DNA of 64,000 bases from Balanoglossus misakiensis (taxonomy: Eukaryota > Animalia > Hemichordata): assembly GCA_040954595.2 (NCBI GenBank), contig CM082591.2, forward strand, positions 5,797,009-5,861,008, read 5' to 3'. Below, in pieces: positions 24,801 through 41,508 of the stretch. The number at the start of each line of letters is the position of its first letter. Position 1 is the first letter of the stretch. The notes beneath the pieces were generated by a model. It searched no databases. It worked only from the letters and a program-made list of their open reading frames with translations, and was not told where the DNA came from. The position numbers were made by a program, and so were the translations under genes.

Positions 24801-27800
24801 AATAACGACTTTTTTGCTCCTTGGTTGGTCATGCGGACGGAAAGATACGGTTTTAGCGAGTTTATCTTTCTCTTTCCTGAGCACTACGTATTCAGACTTG
24901 CCCAAGTGAACCGCGACAAAAAAAATGACCAAGTTTCCCTGCATGTTTCTTATACCCGACAGATAAAAAAACGCAGCGTAGATATTGAAATGAATTGGAT
25001 TTATGAAAATGATAAAAATTACAAATGATAATGTCGCTAAAAGTTCTCAAAAAAAAAAAAAATAGAAAAAAAAGTGGTCTCGAACCAACATCAGTTGATA
25101 CCTTCAGGTAAAAGCCTAGCCTTCCTGAACCCTTCGCCATCACGATGTGTACTGGAAACGGTCGGAAATTTACGCACTATATTGCAGCATACACTAACTA
25201 CTATGATCTAATTTGCACCGCAGCGGGCAAATTCTTATTTGCACCGCAGCGGTGCAAATAAGAGTTCCCCGCAGCGGTGCGAATAAGAGTTCCCTGCCAG
25301 CAACGATCTGACCATTCTTTATTCACTCCTCGACGACAAGAACGTTTTATTACGGCCCAAATAACGACTTTTTCGCTCCTTGGTTGGTCATGCGGACGGA
25401 AAGACACGGTTTTAGCGAGTTTATCTTTCTCTCTCCTGAGCACTACGTATTCAGACTTGCCCAAGTGAACCGCCACAAAAAAAATGACCAAGTTTCCCTG
25501 CATGTTTCTTATACCCGACAGATAAAAAAACGCAGCGTAGATATTGAAATGAATTGGATTTATGAAAATGATAAAAATTACAAATGATAATGTCGCTAAA
25601 AGTTCTCAAAAAAAAAGAAATAGAAAAAAAGTGGTCTCGAACCAACATCAGTTGACACCTTCAGGTAAAAGCCTAGCCTTCCTGAACCCTTCGCCATCAC
25701 GATGTGTACTGGAAACGGTCGGAAATTTACGCACTATATTGCAGCATACACTAACTACCATGATCTTATTTGCACCGCAGCGGGCAAATTCTTATTTGCA
25801 CCGCAGCGGTGCAAATAAGAGTTCCCCGCAGCGGTGCGAATAAGAGTTCCCTGCCAGCAACGATCTGACCGTTCTTTATTCACTCCTCGACGACAAAAAC
25901 GTTTTATTACGGCCCAAATAACGACTTTTTTGCTCCTTGGTTGGTCATGCGGACGGAAAGATACGGTTTTAGCGAGTTTATCTTTCTCTTTCCTGAGCAC
26001 TACGTATTCAGACTTGCCCAAGTGAACCGCGACAAAAAAAATGACCAAGTTTCCCTGCATGTTTCTTATACCCGACAGATAAAAAAACTCAGCGTAGATA
26101 TTGAAATGAATTGGATTAATGAAAATGATATAAATTACAATGATAACGTCGTTAAAAGTTCTCAAAAAAAAAAAATAGAAAAAAAAGTGGTCTCGAACCA
26201 ACATCAGTTGACACCTTCAGGTAAAAGCCTAGCCTTCCTGAACCCTTCGCCATCACGATGTGTACTGGAAACGGTCGGAAATTTACGCACTATATTGCAG
26301 CATACACTAACTACCATGATCTTATTTGCACCGCAGCGGGCAAATTCTTATTTGCACCGCTGCGGTGCGAATAAGAGTTCCCTGCCAGCAACGATCTGAC
26401 CGTTCTTTATTCACTCCTCGACGACAAAAACGTTTTATTACGGCCCAAATAACGACTTTTTTGCTCCTTGGTTGGTCATGCGGACGGAAAGATACGGTTT
26501 TAGCGAGTTTATCTTCCTCTTTCCTGAGCACTACGTATTCAGACTTGCCCAAGTGAACCGCGACAAAAAAAATGACCAAGTTTCCCTGCATGTTTCTTAT
26601 ACCCGACAGATAAAAAAACTCAGCGTAGATATTGAAATGAATTGGATTAATGAAAATGATAAAAATTACAATGATAATGTCGTTAAAAGTTCTCAAAAAA
26701 AAAAAAAAAAATAGAAAAAAAAGTGGTCTCGAACCAACATCAGTTGATACCTTCAGGTAAAAGGCTAGCCTTCCTGAACCCTTCGCCATCACGATGTGTA
26801 CTGGAAACGGTCGGAAATTTACGCACTATATTGCAGCATACACTAACTACCATGATCTTTTTTGCACCGCAGCGGGCAAATTCTTATTTGCACCGCAGCG
26901 GTGCAAATAAGAGTTCCCCGCAGCGGTGCGAATAAGAGTTCCCTGCCAGCAACGATCTGACCGTTCTTTATTCACTCCTCGACGACAAAAACGTTTTATT
27001 ACGGCCCAAATAACGACTTTTTCGCTCCTTGGTTGGTCATGCGGACGGAAAGACACGGTTTTAGCGAGTTTATCTTTCTCTCTCCTGAGCACTACGTATT
27101 CAGACTTGCCCAAGTGAACCGCGACAAAAAAAATGACCAAGTTTCCCTGCATGTTTCTTATACCCGACAGATAAAAAAACGCAGCGTAGATATTGAAATG
27201 AATTGGATTTATGAAAATGATAAAAATTACAAATGATAATGTCGCTAAAAGTTCTCAAAAAAAAAAAAGAAATAGAAAAAAAGTGGTCTCGAACCAACAT
27301 CAGTTGACACCTTCAGGTAAAAGCCTAGCCTTCCTGAACCCTTCGCCATCACGATGTGTACTGGAAACGGTCGGAAATTTACGCACTATATTGCAGCATA
27401 CACTAACGTACATGTACTACCATGATCTTATTTGCACCGCAGCGGGCAAATTCTTATTTTCACCGCAGCGGTGCAAATAAGAGTTCCCCGCAGCGGTGCG
27501 AATAAGAGTTCCCTGCCAGCAACGATCTGACCGTTCTTTATTCACTCCTCGACGACAAAAACGTTTTATTACGGCCCAAATAACGACTTTTTCGCTCCTT
27601 GGTTGGTCATGCGGACGGAAAGATACGGTTTTAGCGAGTTTATCTTTCTCTTTCCTGAGCACTACGTATTCAGACTTGCCCAAGTGAACCGCGACAAAAA
27701 AAATGACCAAGTTTCCCCGCATGTTTCTTATACCCGACAGATAAAAAAACTCAGCGTAGATATTGAAATGAATTGGATTAATGAAAATGATAAAAATTAC

Positions 27801-29087
27801 AATGATAATGTCGTTAAAAGTTCTCAAAAAAAAAAAAAAAAATAGAAAAAAAAGTGGTCTCGAACCAACATCAGTTGATACCTTCAGGTAAAAGGCTAGC
27901 CTTCCTGAACCCTTCGCCATCACGATGTGTACTGGAAACGGTCGGAAATTTACGCACTATATTGCAGCATACACTAACTACCATGATCTTTTTTGCACCG
28001 CAGCGGGCAAATTCTTATTTGCACCGCAGCGGTGCAAATAAGAGTTCCCCGCAGCGGTGCGAATAAGAGTTCCCTGCCAGCAACGATCTGACCGTTCTTT
28101 ATTCACTCCTCGACGACAAAAACGTTTTATTACGGCCCAAATAACGACTTTTTCGCTCCTTGGTTGGTCATGCGGACGGAAAGACACGGTTTTAGCGAGT
28201 TTATCTTTCTCTCTCCTGAGCACTACGTATTCAGACTTGCCCAAGTGAACCGCGACAAAAAAAATGACCAAGTTTCCCTGCATGTTTCTTATACCCGACA
28301 GATAAAAAAACGCAGCGTAGATATTGAAATGAATTGGATTTATGAAAATGATAAAAATTACAAATGATAATGTCGCTAAAAGTTCTCAAAAAAAAAAAAA
28401 GAAATAGAAAAAAAGTGGTCTCGAACCAACATCAGTTGACACCTTCAGGTAAAAGCCTAGCCTTCCTGAACCCTTCGCCATCACGATGTGTACTGGAAAC
28501 GGTCGGAAATTTACGCACTATATTGCAGCATACACTAACGTACATGTACTACCATGATCTTATTTGCACCGCAGCGGGCAAATTCTTATTTTCACCGCAG
28601 CGGTGCAAATAAGAGTTCCCCGCAGCGGTGCGAATAAGAGTTCCCTGCCAGCAACGATCTGACCGTTCTTTATTCACTCCTCGACGACAAAAACGTTTTA
28701 TTACGGCCCAAATAACGACTTTTTCGCTCCTTGGTTGGTCATGCGGACGGAAAGATACGGTTTTAGCGAGTTTATCTTTCTCTTTCCTGAGCACTACGTA
28801 TTCAGACTTGCCCAAGTGAACCGCGACAAAAAAAATGACCAAGTTTCCCCGCATGTTTCTTATACCCGACAGATAAAAAAACTCAGCGTAGATATTGAAA
28901 TGAATTGGATTAATGAAAATGATAAAAATTACAATGATAATGTCGTTAAAAGTTCTCAAAAAAAGAAATAGAAAAAAAGTGGTCTCGAACCAACATCAGT
29001 TGACACCTTCAGGTAAAAGCCTAGCCTTCCTGAACCCTTCGCCATCACGATGTGTACTGGAAACAGTCGGAAATTTACGCACTATAT
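21876..29087. repeat. Tandem array of a ~557-bp unit, 13 copies
   Basis: The same ORF recurs at 21930, 22486, 23043, 23604, 24162, 24718, 25277, 25834, ~26365 (unit with a short deletion), 26926, 27496, 28057 and 28628. Each unit has clustered GCACCGCAGCGG-type motifs and an A-rich tract. Confidence 0.97.
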
Positions 29088-29734
29088 ACAAAGGGGGGGG
29101 AGAGGTCACAAAATCTCTCCAACTCCCGCTGTGTTTCAAGAAGTGATAAACATCTGAAGGTTTTAATTTCAAACCTCGTCATACAATCTGAAACATAAAC
29201 GGTATAGCTGTAGCAATTGGGTGCCTTAGATATTCTATTTACAAATGCAATTTACATATTGACCCGTTTAAACTGAAATTTATGTGTAGATGCAATAAAT
29301 TTAATCTGTGAAACTAAAAACAATCTATTCTTGTAGTACACACGTGCACACCCTTATTGGGCTTATGCGTCATACCATACCTGTTCCACGGTTCTCATTT
29401 CATGTCATTTCACAACAAGGTAAGGGGTCGAGTAACTGAAATTCTGTCCCTTCAGGACATACTCCTTGATGTGATATATAACGGGTTGTATCGAAAACGC
29501 AGATATTGCAGTTGGATTTATATTTTGTGTTCGGCCAAAAGTTTTATCAGTCATTTGCTCATATATGAAGGTTAAATGAAGAAAATAAACAGTACCACAA
29601 ACCATTTCAAGCATGTGTCAGTGAACCTTTTTACACATGGTAGAAATAATTCGAGAATATCTCCAGAATCAAGTTTTGTCAATTATATCCCTATTCTAAT
29701 GTTTCCGGAACGTGAGTCACTGGCTACATACAAG

Positions 29735-32700
29735 CTATGCTTCTGGCTTATTACAAAACATTGCAAGGTTTTCCTCGACGCAATCCTTCTTCAAACTGGA
29801 ATGGGTACCGTAGACAACGTGAGTGGACAAATCCATCGAGTACCGGCTCGCCGGCGGCTTGCGACCGAGCGACTCCGCTAAACTGCGCGTCAGACTTGGC
29901 CGATTGCCGCAGCAGAGGCCAACGTACTGGATGCCTAACTCTCTGCACTCTTTGCCAAACTCTTCGATTTCTTCATGGGCACATGATCTCACCTCACGGT
30001 TTCTTGGATACAGGTTTTTGCCTGTGTGGACATGCAAACGGTAAAGTCATTAACAGAGGTTCCAGTAACAATTAAATGTATACGGTCACCTATGATAAAT
30101 AAGCTATAGTTACTATGGCAAATTGAGATCTAGCCAATCACAGATTTTCAGTGGGTGGCACACGCGAAAAAGAGAGTGTCACCATATGTTCTTTAGAACC
30201 CTCATATACGCCATTTCAGCCATATATGGGCGTATGTCAATTGGAGGTGATTGTATACCTTTAATGGACACTAATTTCTCTTGTGCGTGCATGTAGGTCC
30301 CGTGCTGTAAATAGTAATGTAGCCATACTGATCCTCAATACAACATATAGAATGAATTTTAATAGCACTCTGAGATCAACTGATTTACGCTGGAGCATAG
30401 GCTTTTCATAGACATGTAGTCACCTTCGTCAGGTGCAAAAATGGAATATCTTTTTGGTTTATTCCATTTTTGCATCTGACGATGGAGACTACATGTCTCC
30501 GAAAGCTTATGCTCCAGCACAAATCAATTGGTCTCAGAATGCTACCAAACCATGGTCCGATGATACGACACATCCTCTTCCAAATGAAGTATTCCGTTTT
30601 AAATATTTGAAGGCGACTTTTCCATATTAGGCTATGATGTTACACGCATCTGCTTAACATGCTATTTTAGTTGTATCCACAATTCTAGTCAGGTGGTCAT
30701 CTAAAATCGTAGTTTACTAATGTTCTCACATTAGTAGACTATTGGTGACCTACCTGTTTCTTTGTCTATCATGACACAAAACGTTGGTTCCTCCAGTGTG
30801 GTTCTGTAAGGTACCGGTAGTGCAGCCAGGGGTCCCTGTAAGACGCAAACAAAACTCGGTCATAAACTTCTCACAACGTTGCTGCATTTTCAAAGAAAGC
30901 TACTGTTGAGAAGATTATGAATTAGGGAAGTTACATTTATGCTAGATGCCAACAGCCACAGGATTAAGTTGATCTTCGGTATCATGCGATAGTGGGCATG
31001 ATTGGCTCAACAGTAAGTCAAATCGTTTGTTTTCAATAAACAGTTACGTGTTAACCGAAAGGTGTTCTTGTTTGCATTCATTGTTCTGCCCTGGGATCGA
31101 GAACACGGCCTTTAATTTCACACGTCTACAATGAAAAGGACGAAACAGCATAGCCTTATATCCGATGTTTGACCACAACCAACCCAATAACATACACGTA
31201 AGCCTATAACGGTTGGGTATAGTTCACGTTCGGAGCGGTTTTCGTATATGCTCACACCTCAGTTGCCATAGAAATCTATCTGACGACTACACAACAATAA
31301 CAGACAGATGACTCTCACCTTACACACTTTCCTGATTTCCCTCATGATTGGCATCATCGTCGCAGGACCACGACTGCAGTTCAAGCCGACAACATCGGCG
31401 CCGGCCTCCTCCAACCTCTTGCATGCCTCCGTCACGGGCACGCCGTCAAACATCACAGCCTCTCCGTCCTTCGTTGCAGAGGAATAAACTCCAAGCGTTA
31501 TGACTGCGGGCACACCTGCACCGGGTTTCACAAAAGTGTCGTCAAAGTAAGTCATTCGGTAAAGAAATGCCTGTACATGTATCACAACAACCAACGACAT
31601 TCTTATGACTGCGAACTGTTGACACTATGCGGTTCCCCCAAGTAAAGTACTTATATCAGTGCTTTAGGGTCCTTGGTCTTCGGGAATCGACAAAAAAACT
31701 ACAAATCCTGGAAGAACCTGTCTTGTATGTCGCATCATGTTTTGTCGTTCTTTGTTGTCAATTTGAGAAAGATGGTTGTTGACCTATAGTGGGCTCGTTT
31801 TTGCGTCGTCTATTTTGGAGATGACGCCATGTTTTGAAGGGCGCCCTCTTTATGAAAATGGCGTATACCTTTAGCGTATTCCTTGATTGCCTCCAGCGCC
31901 ATCATGGCTTCACCAAAGTGCTTGAATGTCTCGCCGATGATGAAGTCGACGTCGTAATCCAACGACCACTGGACCATGTCCTGTTGAATTCAACAAGACG
32001 TTTACATAAATTTCCAAATATCAATTGAATAAGGAGATACGCGTGTCCTGAAGGACAACTCACTGATTCGCCCATTACGCGTGCAAATATTATATGAAAA
32101 CATCTCTGTTTCAGGAACCTGAGCGAAAGTGTCAGAGGTTTCCATCTTTGCGTGAAATCGTCGGTCTGTTGGAAGCTGTTACTCTAGTTGTTGGTCAAGC
32201 TATTTGCCTCTCATCAAGTTTCACCACAGACCGTGAAGTTTACTACAACATTTATGTCAGTGGCAGGAGTTTGCTCGCGGGTGTAACAGAAAGTGGGTCC
32301 AAAGTAATCGGCACATCTATTCATCCGAAGACTAGGGCTTAGCCTGCGGATTTGGCCTATACCTTTCTGTAACACACGTGCCGGGGGTGAAATGTAAGAG
32401 AATCGCTCCCAGTAGGCCCCTATACACATCGCGAATTTTCTCATTTACATAATATATTCATATTAGAACATGACCAAAAAGTAGATTGAGACGTGCATCA
32501 AGATAACCTGAACGCACCTTAAACATGGCTTTGACCTCTGCATTCCTGTCTGGACTATTGGCTTGGTACACGTTAGTGTTACAGATATTTCCAGCTAGGA
32601 GAGTACCAGTCTCGTCAGCCACTTCACGCGCCATCCTCAGAGCTTCTCTGTTGATCAGTTCCACCTTGTCGTCCATGTTGATCATGCGCAGTCTCTCACG

Positions 32701-33194
32701 GGTGGCGTAATACTAGAAAAAGCAAACAGGAGCCGTAATCAGGTTTTCTTATTCTAAGTTTTAGGTTACATGTAAATATCTCCCACCCAACATCAACAAA
32801 GAGAAAAAATATATATATTAGTATTTGAATTCAAACCGTAAATGCTTCGACAACGTCACTTCCGGCGTGAACGAAATCTCTGTAGGCACTTTTCACGACA
32901 TCCGGGTGTTCTAACGTGACCAATGGAAACCAACCGCCTATCGACAAGTAGCCGCGACTTTCGAAGTAGAAGTCGTATCCTTCTGCGACCAGTATCATGT
33001 CCCCAGCCTTCAGCCGTTCCATTAATCCTTTCAGGGCAAAAATAAGTGGACTCCGTAATGAATCAAGAAGAATTTACAATATTCAAAGAAAGATTAGTGT
33101 GAGCACCACATTCTGACATAATATGCCACGTGAACAAAGTCATATAAAGTGCGCCACCACATGTCATAAACTCACCTTTGGCGTTCTTGGCCAT
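29735..33194 (-). CDS. BHMT: Homocysteine S-methyltransferase (BHMT-like) paralogue A, 360 aa, 7 exons
   Basis: Exons 33194-33176, 33027-32837, 32712-32518, 31980-31869, 31515-31319, 30835-30754 and 30021-29735. All are GT-AG and in frame (1083 nt). Motifs: [30 protein letters not shown] and GLCCG (Zn-binding cysteines), and PPASR. Confidence 0.9.
30363..30544. mobile_element. Inverted pair of Penelope-like terminal fragments in the last intron of BHMT-A
   Basis: Two ~85-bp arms in inverted orientation, each carrying a hammerhead-like CTGACGA...GAAA motif. Confidence 0.55.
30472..30512 (+). ncRNA. Minimal type I hammerhead ribozyme-like motif (Penelope-type)
   Basis: gcat CTGACGA t ggagac-tacat-gtctcc GAA AGCT T atgc. 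This gives the conserved core, a 6-bp stem II, a palindromic AGCT in place of stem III and a 4-bp stem I (gcat/atgc). Confidence 0.55.
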
Positions 33195-33857
33195 TGTAGT
33201 CAGCTGATTGACCTAATTTAAAACGTCGTCTGTTCTGCAACAAATAAATATCAACAGTGATCAATCAATCCACAATCAAAATGCTTGTGTTTAAACACCA
33301 AGTCTATGTAGATTGTTTGGTACAAAGGTTCAACGGGCACGGTTTAATTTGGTGTTATCAATGGTATTACAGGTGTACCAATTATGCAATGAAAGTCTGA
33401 GGCATTAGCTGGGGACTTGCGTGGATACACCGTGATATGGTTTCTGATCAGAAGAGATCAGGCGGGTCAATTTGTTATGCATGACTACATAGACAGCGTG
33501 CATATGGTAAAAACACGCAAATTAGACATTTATAGTTATTTGCGTGCCAAGCTGAAGCATGGAACGAGACTGCAATCCATAACCTTCGAATTGATGCTCT
33601 GAGACAGCAACATCTTAAATAAACTACCAAATCTTGGTCTCCAGCTATATACCCCAGAGTCAATTTCATTCTCCCTAACAAGACAAAAACTACACGTCGA
33701 AGACTGGCTTTGCGGATTTCACAAACACAGTCCCTCACAGTTTAAATTACTTATACTCACGAAAAGAGAAAGTATGGAAGTGCATTCCCCTACAAAAGCT
33801 GGCCGGAGAGGAGTTGAAGGCCATATAGAATATCATATAATCCTCGTCCTAGGACAC

Positions 33858-33865
33858 TTTTATAT
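33858..33865 (-). promoter_or_regulatory. Candidate TATA box of BHMT-A
   Basis: Minus strand reads TATAAAA. It is followed by a donor (gtgagt at 33760) and an acceptor (ttgttgcag) ~40 nt before the ATG, which implies a non-coding first exon. Confidence 0.4.
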
Positions 33866-36186
33866 ATCAGTCTCATCAGGAGATATCATCTAAGCCTCGT
33901 TCGAAAACACTACACTGTTTCAAGTCTCCACACATGCAACCCAAGGGACATATACATGAAGTACGGTCTCATTGCTCACCGGGGTACATATTATATCTAA
34001 TTTATACAAACATGTATTGTACAGGGACAGTACACTATGTGATACATGTGCACATAAATGTGCAAAGTTACTTTTACTGACCATGATTATACATGCACCC
34101 TATATGGGTCCAGCCGTAGAAAATACATATTATACTCTAAATATTCCTTTCCGCATTTGGCCAAAAAATACAAAGTATTATGCATGACGCAGTCTACAAT
34201 TTGTGTTCCAGAAAATACATTTTGATGGTTTTTTTTACACTTAATTGCGCCATCGTTTATTTTCAGGCTTTCTCCGGCTGCATTTTTTCCTGATATTTGT
34301 GGGAATCTTTTTTTTTTCTTCTCGAAACTCTTCCAAGCCCCCCGCCAAGATGATTGGTCCACCACTACCAGATGCCAAACCTCAAGTTGGCCAGCACCCT
34401 CTGTTTAGGCATGCATCACGAGGAAAAGCGACTCCGCACATAATGTAAGCGCTGACTGATTGCAGATTGCAATCGCTACCTGAGTGCTACTGGTGTCAGA
34501 TGGAGTTTTGCCACAAGTGCTGCAGCAGATAGTGTTTTCATGCACTCGTATACATAAATGCAATGTCAGCACACATTTCACCCGAAAATAAATGGCTTTG
34601 AAAATGGCCAGCCCTATTTGGGGTTTGATTGTCCGAGCGTCAGTGAACGCGACCAGCGGTGTGGCATGATGAAAGAGCACCGATACCCAATTTGAATGAT
34701 ACATTGTGTTGTTGAACCATATAATCTTATCGTATCTGCTCGTGTTGACGTGGTCAGCGTCAGGGGGTGTCTCAACCTTTCACCGGGACTTACTGAGGTT
34801 TGAGTCATCAACAGATCAAAACTGTAGTCAATGTTCTGTCCGCCTATATGCTAGGGGAGATACTAGTATTACCACTCACTGTACTAAATGATGTAGCCTG
34901 GAATTCTTTGATTGTGAAAGATTACAATAGGGCAGGTACCCCCTGGTCACTTGTGCAAATCAATGACCTACAGCGAGGGGACTTAAAGGTCATAGGTGTG
35001 TACACCATCTCTTCGTCTGGGTGACTGCTCACATCTAGGTAGGTCGAGTTACTCTGCAGTATTATACAGATACAGAATATCGGTTGCATGCATAGCTCTC
35101 TCCATAAACCTATAGTCTGCACTTAGGGCCGTGGTTAGGAATCCCGTTCTGGGTCTGGCATAGCTAGTGATGCAGAACCGTGGCTCGAGGATTTGCCTGG
35201 TATCGGATGTTGGTATACGCAAAACCACAATGCAATGAACAATGTGTATAACATGCATTTTCATTTTGAGGGAAATTTACGTTTCGATCTGTTCAGTGGA
35301 TTCTCAACTTGCCCACAGAGCATATTGAGGAATATTTCATTATTAAATTAGCACCACCTTCTAGCTATCAGGCAGAAAGCATGCTATCTAAAATGACTTG
35401 TTACCGTACATAAGATAGGTTAATAATTAATTAAACAGCTTCGTTGCAGTGCCTATGTAGTGATAACAGTAAACCGGAATCCTCTGGAATGTCTGGGCTT
35501 TTAGTATTTCGTTGCTTCAATCCTGCATGTGCGGCATAACCTTCAACAGTTAAATTAAACCGTCCAGAACGACATACATGTATGTCTCGTCCTGTATAGT
35601 GAAAGGTCAACGAACTCCCCACACACTGTAGGTTGCGCGAGCCATGCCATGCACAGTGTGTTTCTACTGTTAAAACTGCCGTCTGTGGTTTATGAGGGAG
35701 TGACCCCGGGGTTAAAAGTATTCAATGGGCCAGGTTTAGCACCAAGTGTAAAATTGGAAGTGGGGTTTTATGTCGTGCAGATAAATGTCTGTCTGTTTGT
35801 CTGTGTTGCCGATATCTTAAAAACAGCTGATCAGATTCCAAACAATTCAGGCGCACAGGTATTGGCCCACTGATTTGTCAGTGGTAAAACATCGCGTGAG
35901 CAAAACTGTCTACGCTAAGCTTACGTAAGCTCAGTTAGACTTGGTTTAACAAATGCAATGTGGCGACACCATGTTCAAAACAAACGTTGCGTCAATGAGT
36001 CCAACTGTATCACATTAATATTTATGCCGTCGACCTTGAGAAGCTAGACCACGCGTCGACCAAAGGGACCATCCATTTTTTTACGGCTGACGGGGAAAGG
36101 GGTTCATCTAAAATTCTGAAAATGAGTGTAATGGAGGGCAGGGGATGTAATGTCCAGCAGTGACCACTCAAAGAAAATGTGTCATG

Positions 36187-36194
36187 TATATAAA
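36187..36194 (+). promoter_or_regulatory. Candidate TATA box of BHMT-B
   Basis: TATATAAA ~470 bp upstream of the ATG. The acceptor tttttttataattgcag at 36621 implies a 5'UTR intron. Confidence 0.35.
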
Positions 36195-36656
36195 TCCCTT
36201 CTGAACATTGATTTACAATAGATGCAGTGAGTGCTGATTCAGTAGTGTGTCTAAACACAGGTCAATGATAACCAAGCCAGGAACATGTAGGCCTATATTG
36301 TGCCGCAATATTCGCCATATATGGCCCCACAACTGTGTCACAGAAGTCTCTGAATTTCCAATGTGGTGTGCACGTGCACGTCTTCGGAAAAGACCAAATT
36401 CTCTGGAATTTTCATGGTGTCATTTTAGTTCATTATTTCTCAGAACAACACGTTAGCAAATTGGATACACATTCACAGCATGTGGGAAACCTATGAAGGA
36501 CATTCATTCCATATCAATTCTACTGGAGCATAAAGTGTGTTTGAGTCCATTGCATGCCAGTTAATGTAGTAAACTGTGCAATTTACAAGTGTATAAATTA
36601 CCTCTTTTTTTATAATTGCAGAATTTAAAAGTTTAGCTACGAACACTGCATTCAAG

Positions 36657-40276
<3,620 letters not shown>

Positions 40277-40451
40277 TCATGCCGTGCAATTAACTAGGAA
40301 TTGTGGCCAATATTGACATGACTGATTGTTATTAGTTTGATATAAGACTTCAATGGATATGTCGATACAGGCATAAAGGAAACGATACATTGAGAATTAG
40401 AAGAAAATGTGACGTAATTTCTTTCATATTTCGATTTCAGGTTTTAAAAGG

Positions 40452-40567
40452 TGAATGAATGAATGTATGAATGAATGGATGAATGAATGAATGAATGAAT
40501 GAATGAATGAATGAATGAATGAATGAATGAAGGAATGAAGGAAGGAATGAATGAATGAATGAATGAA
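40452..40567. repeat. (TGAA)n microsatellite
   Basis: Direct reading. Confidence 0.95.
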
Positions 40568-41508
40568 TTTTGTCACTATGTTAACTTTGAAATCGGACCT
40601 CCATGACATTCACACACAAAGTAAACATCAAATGCTGTAACATCAAAGGTACACGATTACTGCAAATTTGGACACAATTGTCATGGAAACTGAGATTGAG
40701 CTGATTTTCGCGGTGTGTCCACCGCCATTAAATAGTAATTTGAAGATGTATTCACGCTCTTTTAATCAGATACGGGTATATGTAAATTAATGTGTTGAAT
40801 GAATGTCTTTAAATCAATCATTGTCAAGAGATGTAATATTGTTGTGACAGTTCTTAGCATAAATATGTAAAGGTGAATCATTTATGTCATTTTTGTAATT
40901 ATCATTCCTTTTTTTAACAATTGAAATAAATCACCTGCTAATGTAACATTACTCTCTTCATTCTCCACTGGAATTCAGTTCACGAGGTTCGTCCTTTGGA
41001 GTTTTCTCTGTCTTCCTAGCGGTCCAGACCTCGCCGTATTTATCCAATTTACTCCAGTGTGACGACATTAAACGTTAGCGCGAATGGAATTTAGGGATAT
41101 TTTTTGTAGCCCGTGTCCAAGTTCATATTGATGTCGTGGCAGACATTTGCCTTAATGTAGAATTGCGTTGAGTTGAGCGGATCAGTTATATGGAGGATTT
41201 TATGTCGGAGTGAAAAAGACAGCACACAGAACTCTCCTTTCACACAATGGCCAGAGAATAGAGTAACATCCGGGTACCTTATTCCAACACTATACCGCCT
41301 GAGGACGCTTGTCATATTCATCAGTACCATCCAATTTAATGGTTACATAACTGCATGTACGTATTTATTACAATAAGATCACAATTAATATATATTCTAA
41401 CAAAATGCCATCTAAGAACGGCGCGACGACCCCTTCTCTTTAAATGGGTGTTTGCTACCTAGTTAAATGCTCGAACAGAAGAGTAAATTCCCGCTGCTAT
41501 TGGGAAGG

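Noticed and set aside
21876-29087. 5S rRNA, snRNA or tRNA gene array
   Set aside because: I could not recognise 5S, U-snRNA, SL-RNA or cloverleaf sequence in the unit. An Rfam scan would settle it.
21930-29146. Recurrent 63-168 aa ORFs in the 557-bp units
   Set aside because: Frames shift freely with poly-A length between units and there is no recognisable domain.
34405-35873. Short ORFs between BHMT-A and BHMT-B
   Set aside because: There is no consistent exon chain and no recognisable motif.
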